Shown one piece after another: positions 45,125-55,199 of a DNA stretch of 64,000 nucleotides. A program made the position numbers and the translations under genes. Each line of letters begins with the position of its first letter. Within the stretch, counting starts at the first letter, position 1. The stretch comes from Hyphomicrobiales bacterium (GTDB taxonomy: Bacteria; Pseudomonadota; Alphaproteobacteria; Rhizobiales; Rhizobiaceae), in NCBI GenBank assembly GCA_012842935.1, contig DUSC01000145.1, forward strand, positions 225 to 64,224, written 5' to 3'. The notes beneath the pieces are model-generated. The model worked only from the letters and a program-made list of their open reading frames with translations. It searched no databases and was not told where the DNA came from.

Positions 45125-45910
45125 TCACGCGGCGAGCTGGAACTTGAAGGAGGAAGACAATCCGCCGTCGACCATGATCACCTGTCCGGTCACGAAGCTC
45201 GAGGCGGCCGACGAGAGGTAGATGATCGTTCCGACCATCTCCTTCGGATCGCCCCAGCGTTCCATCGGCGTGACGCCGTTGATCGCGTCCATGTAGCCGG
45301 GACGCGACTGTAGGGTCCGGTTGATCTCGGTAAGGAAATAGCCAGGGCAGACACAGTTGACGTTGATGTTTTCCTTTCCGAGTTCCGCGGCGAGAGCGCG
45401 CGTCAGGCCAATGATGGCGGACTTCGAGCCGCAATAGGCGTGCAGTTTCGCGCGGCCGAGCGGCCCGAGAACGGAGCCCGTGTTGATGATCCGGCCGCCT
45501 GCGCCTCCCGCGCGCATCAATGCGGCGCATTCCTGCGCCATGACGAAGGTGGCGCGCACATTGGTGTCCATGATCCTCTGGAAGTCGTCCTCGTCGCTGT
45601 CGAGGAGCGGCTGCCAGTTGATGATGCCGGCATTGTTGACGCAGATGTCGAGGCGGCCCAGCGTCGCCCCGGCGGCGCGTACGCCCCTGCGGATCGCCTC
45701 CTCATCGGCGAGATCGAGCGGAAGCACCGTCGCCGCGCCGCCGTCGCCTTCGATTTCAGCCTTCACCGCGCCGAGCTTCGCCTCGTCGCGGGCGACGAGG
45801 ACGACATGTGCGCCGGCGGCGGCGAGCCCCCTGGCAATCGGCCGGCCGAGTCCGCGCGAAGCGCCCGTCACCAGCGCGACCTTGCCTTCGAGCGAGAAGA
45901 GTTCGAGCAT
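45125..45910 (-). CDS. SDR, gluconate 5-dehydrogenase-like (paralog)
   Basis: FSLEGKVALVTGASRGLG, NNAG, YCGSK, PGYFLTE; ATG 45910 with GGAGG RBS. Confidence 0.93.
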   Translation of the reverse strand: MLELFSLEGKVALVTGASRGLGRPIARGLAAAGAHVVLVARDEAKLGAVKAEIEGDGGAATVLPLDLADEEAIRRGVRAAGATLGRLDICVNNAGIINWQPLLDSDEDDFQRIMDTNVRATFVMAQECAALMRAGGAGGRIINTGSVLGPLGRAKLHAYCGSKSAIIGLTRALAAELGKENINVNCVCPGYFLTEINRTLQSRPGYMDAINGVTPMERWGDPKEMVGTIIYLSSAASSFVTGQVIMVDGGLSSSFKFQLAA

Positions 45911-45942
45911 GTGTTCCTCCGGTTCCGTGCAGGCGGCGCAGC

Positions 45943-47493
45943 TCAGGCGGCGCCGTAGAGCTTGCGCAGGCGCACCTTGTCGATCTTGCCGCTCGGCAAC
46001 TTGACGATCTCGTCGACGAACTCGACATGGCGCGGTCGCTTGTAGCCGGCAATGAGCGTACGGCAGTGGTCGATCAGATCTTCCGCGGTCGCGCTCCTGC
46101 CGGCGCGCAGCACGACCACCGCCTTGACCGCCTCGCCCCATTTCTCGTCGGGCACGCCGATGACCGCAACCTCTGAGACGGCACCGTGGGTGATGATGGC
46201 TTCCTCGACCTCACGGGAATAGATGTTCTCGCCGCCCGAGATGATCATGTCCTTCTTGCGGTCGACCAGATAGAGGAAGCCCTCGCTGTCGAGGCGGCCG
46301 ACGTCGCCGGTGTGCACCCAGCCGTCGCGCAACGTTTCGATCGTGGCCGCGGTGTTGTTCCAGTAGCCCTTCATCACGCCGGGACTGGTCAGCAGGATTT
46401 CGCCGACTTCGCCGACCGGCAGGTCCTCGCCATGGTCATCGACGATGCGCACGTTGACGCGCGGCGATGCCTGGCCCACCGACGTAAGGATCTCGCGGTC
46501 GCGATCGGTGCCGTCGGGCCTGTGCTGGTGGGCGAGCAGCGTCGTGCCGATCCCCTCGGTCTGGCCGAACTGCTGCTGGAAGACCGGGCCGAGCAGTTTT
46601 AGTCCCTTTTTCAACACCGGGATCGGCATCGGCGCCGCCGCGTAGACGATCATGCGCAAGCTGGAGAGATCAGCCTTCTCGATGGCAGGTGATTCCAGCA
46701 ACGTCTGGATCATCGTCGGCGCCATGTGCGTGACGGTGATCTTCTCGCGCTCGATGCAGTCGACGATCGCCTTCGGGTCGAAGCCCTTCTGGACATGGAC
46801 GGTGCCCGCGCGCCAGTGCTGCGCAAGCTGGATGATCTTTGCACCGATGTGGAACAGCGGCATCATGATGAGAAGGCGGTCGTCCGGCGTGTTGCGCTGG
46901 TCCGAGCCGAGGATTTCGGCGGCGTTCGCCTGCCCGGCTTGACCCAGCATGACGCCCTTCGGGCGACCGGTTGTGCCCGAGGTGTAGATCAGGAAGGCGA
47001 TGTCGTCGGGGAGCGGACGGAACGGCACACCGGACGGATCGCCCGACGTGACGAGCGCTTCGTAATCGTCGCCGAACCCGCCGCCGTCGAGGCATACGAA
47101 GTGCTCGACGGCCTTCAGCTGGTCCTTCATGGCCAGAACGGTTTCGGCATAGGTCGCCTCGAAGATCAGCACCTTCGGTGCGCCGTCATTGACAATGTGG
47201 ACCATCTCCGGGACCGCGAGGCGCCAATTCACCGTCGCGCAGATGAAGCCCGAGATCTCGCAGGCGCCGTAGACTTCCTGATATTCCAGCCGGTTCTGGC
47301 TCAGGATCCCGACGCGATCCTGCCTCCTCAGGCCCAGCCGCCGCAGCGCATTTGCCAGCTTCGAGACGCGGACATGGAACTCGGCGTGAGTTACCCGCCT
47401 GTCCTGCCAGACGAAGGCGGTCTGGTCGGGATGCTTCCAGGCGTTGTTGTCCAGCATGTCCGCAAGGGTCTGCGGAATTCTCGTGGCGGGCAT
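45943..47493 (-). CDS. AMP-forming acyl-CoA synthetase (FadD-like)
   Basis: YTSGTTGRPKG, FGQTE, TGD, DRKKDMIISGGENIY, PSGKI. Confidence 0.95.
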   Translation of the reverse strand: MPATRIPQTLADMLDNNAWKHPDQTAFVWQDRRVTHAEFHVRVSKLANALRRLGLRRQDRVGILSQNRLEYQEVYGACEISGFICATVNWRLAVPEMVHIVNDGAPKVLIFEATYAETVLAMKDQLKAVEHFVCLDGGGFGDDYEALVTSGDPSGVPFRPLPDDIAFLIYTSGTTGRPKGVMLGQAGQANAAEILGSDQRNTPDDRLLIMMPLFHIGAKIIQLAQHWRAGTVHVQKGFDPKAIVDCIEREKITVTHMAPTMIQTLLESPAIEKADLSSLRMIVYAAAPMPIPVLKKGLKLLGPVFQQQFGQTEGIGTTLLAHQHRPDGTDRDREILTSVGQASPRVNVRIVDDHGEDLPVGEVGEILLTSPGVMKGYWNNTAATIETLRDGWVHTGDVGRLDSEGFLYLVDRKKDMIISGGENIYSREVEEAIITHGAVSEVAVIGVPDEKWGEAVKAVVVLRAGRSATAEDLIDHCRTLIAGYKRPRHVEFVDEIVKLPSGKIDKVRLRKLYGAA

Positions 47494-47500
47494 GGCGGCC

Positions 47501-48280
47501 TCAGACGACGTCGGAATCGAAGCGCGGCCTGCGCTTCTCCCGGAAGGCGGCGAGGCCCTCGCGGAAATCTTCGCTGGCGAAGCAGAGCGGCTGGGCCGTG
47601 GCTTCGAAGTCGAGGACGGCTTCCGGATCGTCGCCGAGCGTCAGCATGCGTTTGGTGAGAGCGGTCGTATGCGAGGAGAACTCGGCGAGCTCCCGGGCGC
47701 GTTCCAGCGCCTTCGCTTCGAGGTCCGCGTCGGCAACCACCTCGTCGGCCAACCCGATCGCAAGCGCCTCCGGCCCCTTGTAGGAGCGTGCATAGAGCAG
47801 CGCCTGGCGCGCGCGGGCCATGCCGATGCGCTGCGGCAGCGTATGGGCGATGGCGAAGTCCGGTGCGAGACCGATCTTGGGGAACGGAAACCCGATCGCG
47901 GCACTCTCGCCCATCAGGATCGTGTCGCAGAACAGCGCCAGACCGGCGCCCGCGCCGACCGCGTGGCCGCGCACCTCGGCCACCATCGGCTTCTCCGCCG
48001 CCAGGAGAAGCCGCGCGAGCCGGTGCGCCGAGGTCAGACGCTCGCGGCCCGCCTTGGGGTCGGAAAGCGTATCCATCTTCGAGAGATCGCCGCCGACGGA
48101 GAAGTTCTTCAAGGCGGAGGCGAGCACGATCACGCGGCAGGTGCGGTCGTGGAAAAGTTCCTCGAAGGCAGGCAGCAGGATGCTCCGGAATGCCTCTCCG
48201 AGCCCGTTTCCGGACGCCTGATGGTTCATCACCAGACGAACGACGCCGCGGCCGTGCCGCTCGATTTCGATGGATCCCAA
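47501..48280 (-). CDS. Enoyl-CoA hydratase/isomerase (crotonase) family
   Basis: FSVGGDL, KPMVAEVRGHAVGAG, FPKIGLAPD, SEDFREG..AFREKR; probable TTG start with GGAGGAGG RBS. Confidence 0.92.
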   Translation of the reverse strand: MGSIEIERHGRGVVRLVMNHQASGNGLGEAFRSILLPAFEELFHDRTCRVIVLASALKNFSVGGDLSKMDTLSDPKAGRERLTSAHRLARLLLAAEKPMVAEVRGHAVGAGAGLALFCDTILMGESAAIGFPFPKIGLAPDFAIAHTLPQRIGMARARQALLYARSYKGPEALAIGLADEVVADADLEAKALERARELAEFSSHTTALTKRMLTLGDDPEAVLDFEATAQPLCFASEDFREGLAAFREKRRPRFDSDVV

Positions 48281-48334
48281 AGCCTCCTCCCGGGCATTCC
48301 TTCCTGTGCCGGGCACGCTACACCAATCCAAAAC

Positions 48335-48348
48335 CTAACACTAGTTAG
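48335..48348. promoter_or_regulatory. Putative TetR operator (autoregulatory, divergent promoter)
   Basis: CTAAC-ACTA-GTTAG between crotonase and tetR. Confidence 0.8.
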
Positions 48349-48443
48349 AAAATGGGCTTTTTCAGGTGGACGTTCGAAACCATTCCATCGCGTCGATTCG
48401 CAGCGTAAGATGCATACGGAAGCTGTCACGCACGATAGGATTG

Positions 48444-49124
48444 ATGATGACGAAGAAACTGGCGAAATCGGCGATCTCGCAGAAGCGGATACTCGACGCC
48501 GCGGCCAGGATCTTCCGCGACTACGGCTATGCCGGCACGACGATGCGTGCGATCGCGGACGAAGCCGATCTCAAGCCCGGCAGCATCTATTACCACTACA
48601 AGTCGAAGGACGACCTGATCAGTGCCGTTCTCGATATCGGCATCCGGGCCGTGACCGACAGTGTCGGCAAGGCCCTCAGGGCCTTGCCGGACACGGCGAC
48701 AGGCCGCGACCGCATCGAGGCGGCGATTCGCGCCCATCTGTCCGCTATCATCGAGGTCGGCGACTACACGCTCGCCACACGGCGCGCGCTCGGCCAGGTG
48801 CCGGAGGCGATCCGCGCGAGGAACACCAGGATGCGCGACACCTACGGCTCCATCTGGCAGGAGATTCTGTCCGACGCCCACCAGCGCGGCGAATTCCGGA
48901 CGACCGCCAACCTGAAGCTCGCCCGTCTCTTCATCCTCGGCGCACTGAACTGGACCGTCGAGTGGTTCAAGCCGGGTGGCCGCTCGATCGACGACGTGGC
49001 GCGCGAATTCGCCGCGATCGTGCTGGACGGTCTGTCAGGCAGGGTAGAACCGGTCGGCCTCGCCGAAGAACTGCCGCCGCCGGCCAAGCCCAAACGGGCG
49101 AGCGCGCGCGTCCGCGCTGCGTAG
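48444..49124 (+). CDS. TetR family regulator (KstR2-like C-terminal domain)
   Basis: ILDAAARIF..GYAGTTMRAIA..SIYYHYKSKDDL; C-terminal LGALNWTVEWFKPGG. Confidence 0.94.
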   Translation: MMTKKLAKSAISQKRILDAAARIFRDYGYAGTTMRAIADEADLKPGSIYYHYKSKDDLISAVLDIGIRAVTDSVGKALRALPDTATGRDRIEAAIRAHLSAIIEVGDYTLATRRALGQVPEAIRARNTRMRDTYGSIWQEILSDAHQRGEFRTTANLKLARLFILGALNWTVEWFKPGGRSIDDVAREFAAIVLDGLSGRVEPVGLAEELPPPAKPKRASARVRAA

Positions 49125-49142
49125 CGTCGACCGCCGGCCTCG

Positions 49143-50303
49143 TCAGTCGCGGCCGAGTATGTGGTCGGAGATGATGCGCAGCTGGATCTCCGACGTGCCC
49201 TCGAAGATCTTGGTCAGCCGCGCGTCGCGCCAGTGGCGTTCGACCTGGTTCAGCGTGGTATAGCCGCCCCCGCCGAAGATCTGCAGCGCCTCGCTCGTCA
49301 CCCGCTCCGACATCTCGGAGGCGAACAGCTTCACCATCGAGGCTTCCTTGTCGCAGCGATGGCCCTGGTCGATTTTCTCGCAGACCGAATACATGAGCGC
49401 CCTGGCAGCCTCGATCTCTGTCGCCATCGACGCGATCTTGAAACGGATGGCCTGGAAGGCGCCGATGGCCTGGCCGAACTGGCGGCGCTCCTTCGCATGG
49501 CCGACGGCGTCGTCGAGAGCGGCCTGGGCGAGGCCGATCGAGCGGGCGGCGGTATGCGCGCGTGCGGTTTCCAGCCCAGCCGTCGCAAGGTAGAAGCCGC
49601 GGCCCTCTTCGCCGATCAGGTTGGCGGCCGGCACGCGGCACCGGTCGAAGGCGAGTTCCCAGGTCGTCCATCCGAAATAGCCGATCTTCGGGATGACGGT
49701 TCCGGCGACGCCTTCCGGCAGCTTGCCGCGCGGCTTCTCGACCATGAAGGCGGAGATGCCCTTGTGCCTTGCCTTCGGATCGACCTTGGGGTCCGTGCGG
49801 GCGAAGACCATGATGAAATCGGCGCCGTCGGCGAAGGTGCACCAGTATTTGTTGCCGGTGATCTCCCACTCGTCGCCGACGCGCCTGGCGCGGCAGGAGA
49901 TGTTGGCGACGTCGGACCCCGCGTCGGGTTCGGAGAGCGAGAAGGCACCGAGAAAGTCCCCCTTGGCCATGCGCGGCAGATAGACCTTCTTCTGTTCCGG
50001 CGTCATCGCCTTCAGCGACCCGATCAGCGCGTTGCCGCGGGCGATGAGCGAGGCGACGCTCATCCAGCCGCGCGCCAGTTCTTCGGCGACGAGGCAGTAT
50101 TCGAATGCGCCGAGGCCGAGCCCGCCATATTCTTCGGGTATCAGGATGCCGAAATAGCCGAGTTCTGCCATCTCCTCCATCAGTTCGCGCGGTATCTCGC
50201 CCTTGACCGGGTCGAGCCGGTCGGCGATCGGCCGCACGCGTTCGCGCGTGAAGACGCGCGCGGACTCCTGGATCATTCGGCGTTCTTCGGACAGTTCCGT
50301 CAT
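49143..50303 (-). CDS. Acyl-CoA dehydrogenase
   Basis: LSEPDAGSD, GNKYWCT, RRQFG..I..FQAI, QIFGGGGY, IFEGTSEIQ. Confidence 0.96.
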   Translation of the reverse strand: MTELSEERRMIQESARVFTRERVRPIADRLDPVKGEIPRELMEEMAELGYFGILIPEEYGGLGLGAFEYCLVAEELARGWMSVASLIARGNALIGSLKAMTPEQKKVYLPRMAKGDFLGAFSLSEPDAGSDVANISCRARRVGDEWEITGNKYWCTFADGADFIMVFARTDPKVDPKARHKGISAFMVEKPRGKLPEGVAGTVIPKIGYFGWTTWELAFDRCRVPAANLIGEEGRGFYLATAGLETARAHTAARSIGLAQAALDDAVGHAKERRQFGQAIGAFQAIRFKIASMATEIEAARALMYSVCEKIDQGHRCDKEASMVKLFASEMSERVTSEALQIFGGGGYTTLNQVERHWRDARLTKIFEGTSEIQLRIISDHILGRD

Positions 50304-51052
50304 AGCGGCGAATCCTCGGGGGGCAATTGTCCCTGGCCGAGCGAGCGCCCGCCGTCGACGATGAGGACCTGTCCGGTGATGTAGCGGTTTTCCGGCGAGG
50401 CGAGGAAGGACACAGCGCGGGCGATGTCCTCCGGCTGACCGATGCGGCCGAGGAGCTGCAGCGACAGCATCATCTTCTGGCGTTCCGGTGTCATGTAGTG
50501 CAGCATTTCGGTGTCGACGACCCCCGGGGCAACGGCATTGACGCGGATGTCGCGCGGCGAAAGGTCGATCGCCATGGCGCGGGTGAGGCCGACGACAGCG
50601 GTCTTCGAGGCGACGTAATGCGCCATCTGCGGCGCGCCCGCGAAGGAGCGTGAGGCGATGTTGACGATGCGTCCGCCGTTCTTCATCCGCCGCGCGCCTT
50701 CCTGCGCCACGATGAAAGTACCGACCGTATTGATCTCGAAGGCCTCGCGGAAATGCTCCTCCGTCAATTCCTCGAAGTAATGGGTACCGGTGACTGCCGC
50801 ATTGTTCACGATCACGTCGACAGGCGCATATTTGTCCATGATCGCGGAGATTGCCGCGCGGTCGCGGATGTCGCAGACTTCACAATCTATCCGCGCGCCG
50901 ATGGCGCGCAGCGCTTCGCCGACGGCGCGAACTGCATCCAGGCGATCGAGCGCAACGACATGATAGCCCTCGCCGGTGAGTTTCTCGACGATGCCCTTGC
51001 CGATGCCGCGCGCGGCCCCGGTGACGATGGCGGTTCCGAGCCGGTCGGTCAT
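50300..51052 (-). CDS. Short-chain dehydrogenase/reductase (paralog of 43587-44321)
   Basis: TGAARGIG, NNAA, NIASR, YVASK, VNAVAPG, VDGG. Confidence 0.93.
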   Translation of the reverse strand: MTDRLGTAIVTGAARGIGKGIVEKLTGEGYHVVALDRLDAVRAVGEALRAIGARIDCEVCDIRDRAAISAIMDKYAPVDVIVNNAAVTGTHYFEELTEEHFREAFEINTVGTFIVAQEGARRMKNGGRIVNIASRSFAGAPQMAHYVASKTAVVGLTRAMAIDLSPRDIRVNAVAPGVVDTEMLHYMTPERQKMMLSLQLLGRIGQPEDIARAVSFLASPENRYITGQVLIVDGGRSLGQGQLPPEDSPL

Positions 51053-52410
51053 TGAACGCGTCCTGCCAGTTTCATGATCGCCGAAACGCCGTGATCGCCG
51101 CCGAAACCTGCCAGCGCGGCGTGCAGCGTCCCGGTCGCCGCGCCAAACACGGGTCCGACCAGCGCGTCGAACTTCGCCTCGAGCTTGCGGCCCTGGCGGG
51201 CGAGGTCACTGTCGGCAATGCCCGCGTCATGGCTGGCGGTGAAGCGGCGGCCGTCGGCGGTGGTGATGGCGACGTCGGCCTTCGCTTCGGGATAGGAATC
51301 GACGAACGCGATCGACGCCATGTCGCGTAACCGGACGAGCTCCGGGTCGCGGGTGAGGTCGTCCGTATAGGTGCCGATGCCTGCCGTGTCGCGGCCGGCG
51401 AGTGCCATTGCAACAGTCAGGCGCAGCGAGAATTTTGCCTCGAGCCCGGTCTGTGGCTTCGCGATGTTGCAGACGCGGTCGACGACGGGCGGCACGCGGA
51501 TCTCGATCGACTGGATTTCATTGGACGAGGCTGCACTCTTCTCGCGCAGTGCCTTGCCGGCCTCGATCGCGCCATGGGTCAGGTAACAGGCGGCGTGATA
51601 CTTGAAGAGATTGTTGGCGATGTGGTGATCGAGCGGCGCTTCCCTCATCGCTTCTTCCGGATGGAAGTCGGCGCTCTGTGTCGCCGCCAGCCCCTGGGGC
51701 GCCTCGAGTGCGTCCGGACGGCTCGTGAACCCTCTTGCGGCGAGGCGCGCGGCAAGCAGGCCGTTCTGCGCCGCCATGCCGGCATGCAGCGGCTTGCACA
51801 TGGTGCCGAACATCGATTTCAGGCCCGACGCCCTGGTGGCGGCAATGCCGAAGGCGACGGCGGTCGTCCCGGCATCGAGCTTCAGCAAATGCGCGCAGGC
51901 GCCGGCGGCGCCGACGCTGCCGACGGTCGAGGTCGCATGGAAGCCGTGGCCGTAGTGGCCGGGACTGATCAGCATGCCGGTGCGGCAGACGACCTCGTAG
52001 CCTGCAACGAACGCCGCGATCACGTCGTCCTGGGTGGCACCGGTCTCTTCGGCGAGCGCCAGCAGGCCTGGCAGCAGTGCCACGGTCGGATGGCCGAGGA
52101 TCGCCATGTTGACGTCGTCGAAATCGAGCGCGTGCGAGGCCGTGCCGTTGATCAGAGCGGCGTTCATCGCCGACGTTCGCCCGGACTGCCCGACAAGCGA
52201 GACGACCGGCCGAGCCCCGTCCGATAGCAATTCCTCGGTGAGGATCTGCACGGCCGGTTCCGCCGCACCCGGGAGGGTCACGGCGAACCAGTCGAGGATG
52301 CACTGCCGCGCAACGGTGACCGCCACCGGGGGCAGGTCGGCAACTCGGATCGCCGAGGCGCGCTCGGCGAGCCAGCGGGTGACGGGAGGGCGGTCGCCTG
52401 CAGCGGTCAT
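51049..52410 (-). CDS. MmgE/PrpD family protein
   Basis: NGTASHALDFDD, GHP, GFHATS, FGTMCKPLHAG, KYHAAC..TH, AKFSL. Confidence 0.93.
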   Translation of the reverse strand: MTAAGDRPPVTRWLAERASAIRVADLPPVAVTVARQCILDWFAVTLPGAAEPAVQILTEELLSDGARPVVSLVGQSGRTSAMNAALINGTASHALDFDDVNMAILGHPTVALLPGLLALAEETGATQDDVIAAFVAGYEVVCRTGMLISPGHYGHGFHATSTVGSVGAAGACAHLLKLDAGTTAVAFGIAATRASGLKSMFGTMCKPLHAGMAAQNGLLAARLAARGFTSRPDALEAPQGLAATQSADFHPEEAMREAPLDHHIANNLFKYHAACYLTHGAIEAGKALREKSAASSNEIQSIEIRVPPVVDRVCNIAKPQTGLEAKFSLRLTVAMALAGRDTAGIGTYTDDLTRDPELVRLRDMASIAFVDSYPEAKADVAITTADGRRFTASHDAGIADSDLARQGRKLEAKFDALVGPVFGAATGTLHAALAGFGGDHGVSAIMKLAGRVQ

Positions 52411-52411
52411 C

Positions 52412-53968
52412 TCAGCTGGCCTTCGGCTCGGCAGCGCCGTAGAGCTGGCGCAATATGACCTTGTTGATCTTGCCGCTCGGCAGGCGCGGCAGGTCCTCGA
52501 CGAAGACGATGGATTTAGGCTTCTTGTAGCTCGCGATCTGGGTCTTCGTATGCTCGATCAATTCGGCCTCCGTCGCCGAGTGGCCGGGATTCAGCACCGC
52601 GATCGCCCGCACCGTCTCGCCCCAGTAATCGTCTTTCACGCCGATCACGGCGACATCCATGATCGCCGGATGGCTGGCCAGGGCTTCCTCGACCTCGCGG
52701 GAGTAGATGTTTTCACCGCCCGAAATGATCATGTCCTTCTTGCGGTCGACCAGATAGAGGAAGCCCTGCGGATCGAGATAGCCGACGTCACCCGTGTGGT
52801 ACCAGCCTTCCTTCAGCGCTGCGATGGTGGCGGCCGAATTGTTCCAGTAGCCGGCCATGCGGCTCGTGGTGTTGATGAGGATTTCGCCCGGCACTCCGGT
52901 CGGCAGATCTCGGCCCTCGTCGTCGACGATGCGCAGGCCCACATTGGGCGCAGCCTGGCCGACCGAGCCGAGGCGCTTGATCTCCTCCGGCGTCCCGTCG
53001 GGTTTGTGCTGCCGCTTGTGCAACGTGGTGCCGCCGCCTTCCGTCATGCCGTAGAGCTGCAGGAAGACTGGCCCGAGGAGCTTGAGGCCTCGCTTGAGCA
53101 GCGGCACGGGCATCGGCGCCGCCGAGTAGCAGATCGTGTGCAGTGACTTCAGGTCCCGCTCCTCGATGCCGGGCACGTTGAGGACCGCCTGCACCATGGT
53201 GGGCGCCATGTGTGTCATGGTCACGCGCTCGCGCTCGATGGTCTCGACGATCTCGGCCGGCTTGAATTCGTGGTGGAGCACGACGCTGGCGCCGCGGATA
53301 TGAGCGCCGAGCTGCAGGAAACGTGCGCCGACGTGAAAGACCGGCATCATCAGCTGGAGCTTGTCGGAGACGATCAGGCCGAGTTCGGTCGCCATCAGGA
53401 TGGCGACGGCGATCTCGCCGCGGTGGGTGCGCATCACACCCTTCGGCCTGCCGGTCGTGCCCGACGTATAGATCAGGTGCATGATCTCGTCGGGCAGAGG
53501 CCGCGTCGGCGCACCGGCCGCGTCGCCCGTCTCCAGCACCGCATTGTAGTCCTCAGCCCAGTCGGGCACGTCTCCGCCGAAGCACAGGAAGACCTCGATG
53601 AAGCCGAGACGGTCGCGAATCTGTTCGATCGTCGCCGCATACTGCGCCTCGAAGATCAGCACGCGCGGCGTGGAGTCGCCGAGGATGTAGGCAATTTCAG
53701 GCGGCGCCAGGCGCCAGTTCACGGTCGCTGCGATATAGCCGGCGAGTTCGCAGGCGGCATAGGATTCCATGAACTCGATCGTGTTCTGCGACAGGATCGA
53801 AACGCGGTCCTGCCGACGGATGCCGCGTTTCCACAGGGCGGAGGCCAGGCGGTTGCCGCGTTCGAAATGCTCGCCGAAGGTGACGATGCGGCCATGATAG
53901 TTGTAGGCGGTCTCGTCCGGGAACTTGTAGGCGTTGTTGCGCAGGACGTCGCCGAGTGTCTCGATCAT
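52412..53968 (-). CDS. AMP-forming acyl-CoA synthetase (paralog of 45943-47493)
   Basis: YTSGTTGRPKG, YGMTE, TGD, DRKKDMIISGGENIY, PSGKI. Confidence 0.95.
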   Translation of the reverse strand: MIETLGDVLRNNAYKFPDETAYNYHGRIVTFGEHFERGNRLASALWKRGIRRQDRVSILSQNTIEFMESYAACELAGYIAATVNWRLAPPEIAYILGDSTPRVLIFEAQYAATIEQIRDRLGFIEVFLCFGGDVPDWAEDYNAVLETGDAAGAPTRPLPDEIMHLIYTSGTTGRPKGVMRTHRGEIAVAILMATELGLIVSDKLQLMMPVFHVGARFLQLGAHIRGASVVLHHEFKPAEIVETIERERVTMTHMAPTMVQAVLNVPGIEERDLKSLHTICYSAAPMPVPLLKRGLKLLGPVFLQLYGMTEGGGTTLHKRQHKPDGTPEEIKRLGSVGQAAPNVGLRIVDDEGRDLPTGVPGEILINTTSRMAGYWNNSAATIAALKEGWYHTGDVGYLDPQGFLYLVDRKKDMIISGGENIYSREVEEALASHPAIMDVAVIGVKDDYWGETVRAIAVLNPGHSATEAELIEHTKTQIASYKKPKSIVFVEDLPRLPSGKINKVILRQLYGAAEPKAS

Positions 53969-53993
53969 TTCGCGTCTCCCGGAAGCTCCTCCG

Positions 53994-55157
53994 TCAGGCC
54001 TTCGGCAGGCCCATGCGATTGGCGATGTTGTTTTTCTGGATCGCCGTGGACCCGCCGATGATCGGCATCAGCAGCATGTCGCGAACGTGGCGTTCCATGT
54101 CGAAGCCCTTGGCGTAGCCGTAGGCGCCCATCACCTTCTGGCAGGTGAGCACGATTTCGAGCCCAAGCTCGCAGACATACATCTTCGCCATCGAACTCTC
54201 GACCGACAGCGGCAGGTCGTTGTCGGCGAGCCAGCAGGCGCGGTAGAGCATCAGCCGCGCGGCGGAAAGCTTGGTCTGCACCTCGGCCAGCATGTGCCGG
54301 ATCGACTGGTGCGCGCAGATGCGCTTGCCGAACTGGCTGCGCGTCTGGGAGTATTCCCAGGCGTCGTCGACCGCCTGCGCGGCGATGCCCAGTGCCATTG
54401 CGGCGACCTCGAGCTTCTCGACCTCAAGCGCAGGGCCGGCGAGCTTCGACCAGCCCTGGTTCCATCCGGCCTCGCCGCCGACCACGTCCTCGATGGGGAT
54501 CTCGACATTGTCGAGCGTCACGTCGTTGGTGTTGAGCCCGCGCGCGCCGAGAGCAGGGATATGCGTCAGCGTCACGCCCCTGGCCGTCGGGGGGATCAGC
54601 ACCAGCGACAGGTTCTTGTAGCGCGCCTCCGGATCGCCCGAGCGCACGAGGGCGTAGATGTAATCGGCGCTCTCCGCTCCCGAACACCACCGTTTGTAAC
54701 CGTTGACGATCACCTTGCCGCCGCGCCGCTCGGCGCGCGTCTTGACGCTGGCGAGGTCGGAACCGACATCGGGCTCTGACAGACCGTAGGCGAACAGGAT
54801 CTCGCCGTTTGCGAGCTTTGGCAAGAGGCGCCGTTTCTGCTCCTCGCTGCCCGACGCGAGGATGTTCATCGAGCCGTAGCACGCGTTCATGAGATAGAGC
54901 GTGCCGATCACCATCGAGCGTCGGGACAGTTCCTCCACGGTGACCATGGTGGCGAGGATGTCGCGACCGGAACCGCCGTATTCTTCCGGCACCGTCATGC
55001 CGCAGACGCCCAGCGCGGTGATGTGCTCCATGAGCGAGCGGGGAACCTTGTCCTCCTCGTCCCACGTCGCCATCATCTCGCGCGTCGCATGGCGCTCCAG
55101 CATCCGGCGGATGCTCTCGCGCAGCATGGTGATGTGTTCGGGCTCGCCGAAGTCCAT
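53994..55157 (-). CDS. Acyl-CoA dehydrogenase
   Basis: LSEPDVGSD, GYKRWCS, RSQFG, VMGAYGY, IIGGSTAIQ. Confidence 0.95.
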   Translation of the reverse strand: MDFGEPEHITMLRESIRRMLERHATREMMATWDEEDKVPRSLMEHITALGVCGMTVPEEYGGSGRDILATMVTVEELSRRSMVIGTLYLMNACYGSMNILASGSEEQKRRLLPKLANGEILFAYGLSEPDVGSDLASVKTRAERRGGKVIVNGYKRWCSGAESADYIYALVRSGDPEARYKNLSLVLIPPTARGVTLTHIPALGARGLNTNDVTLDNVEIPIEDVVGGEAGWNQGWSKLAGPALEVEKLEVAAMALGIAAQAVDDAWEYSQTRSQFGKRICAHQSIRHMLAEVQTKLSAARLMLYRACWLADNDLPLSVESSMAKMYVCELGLEIVLTCQKVMGAYGYAKGFDMERHVRDMLLMPIIGGSTAIQKNNIANRMGLPKA

Positions 55158-55199
55158 GTCGGAACCTCCCAGGTGTCGCTGCCTCCCCGCTGGACTCGA

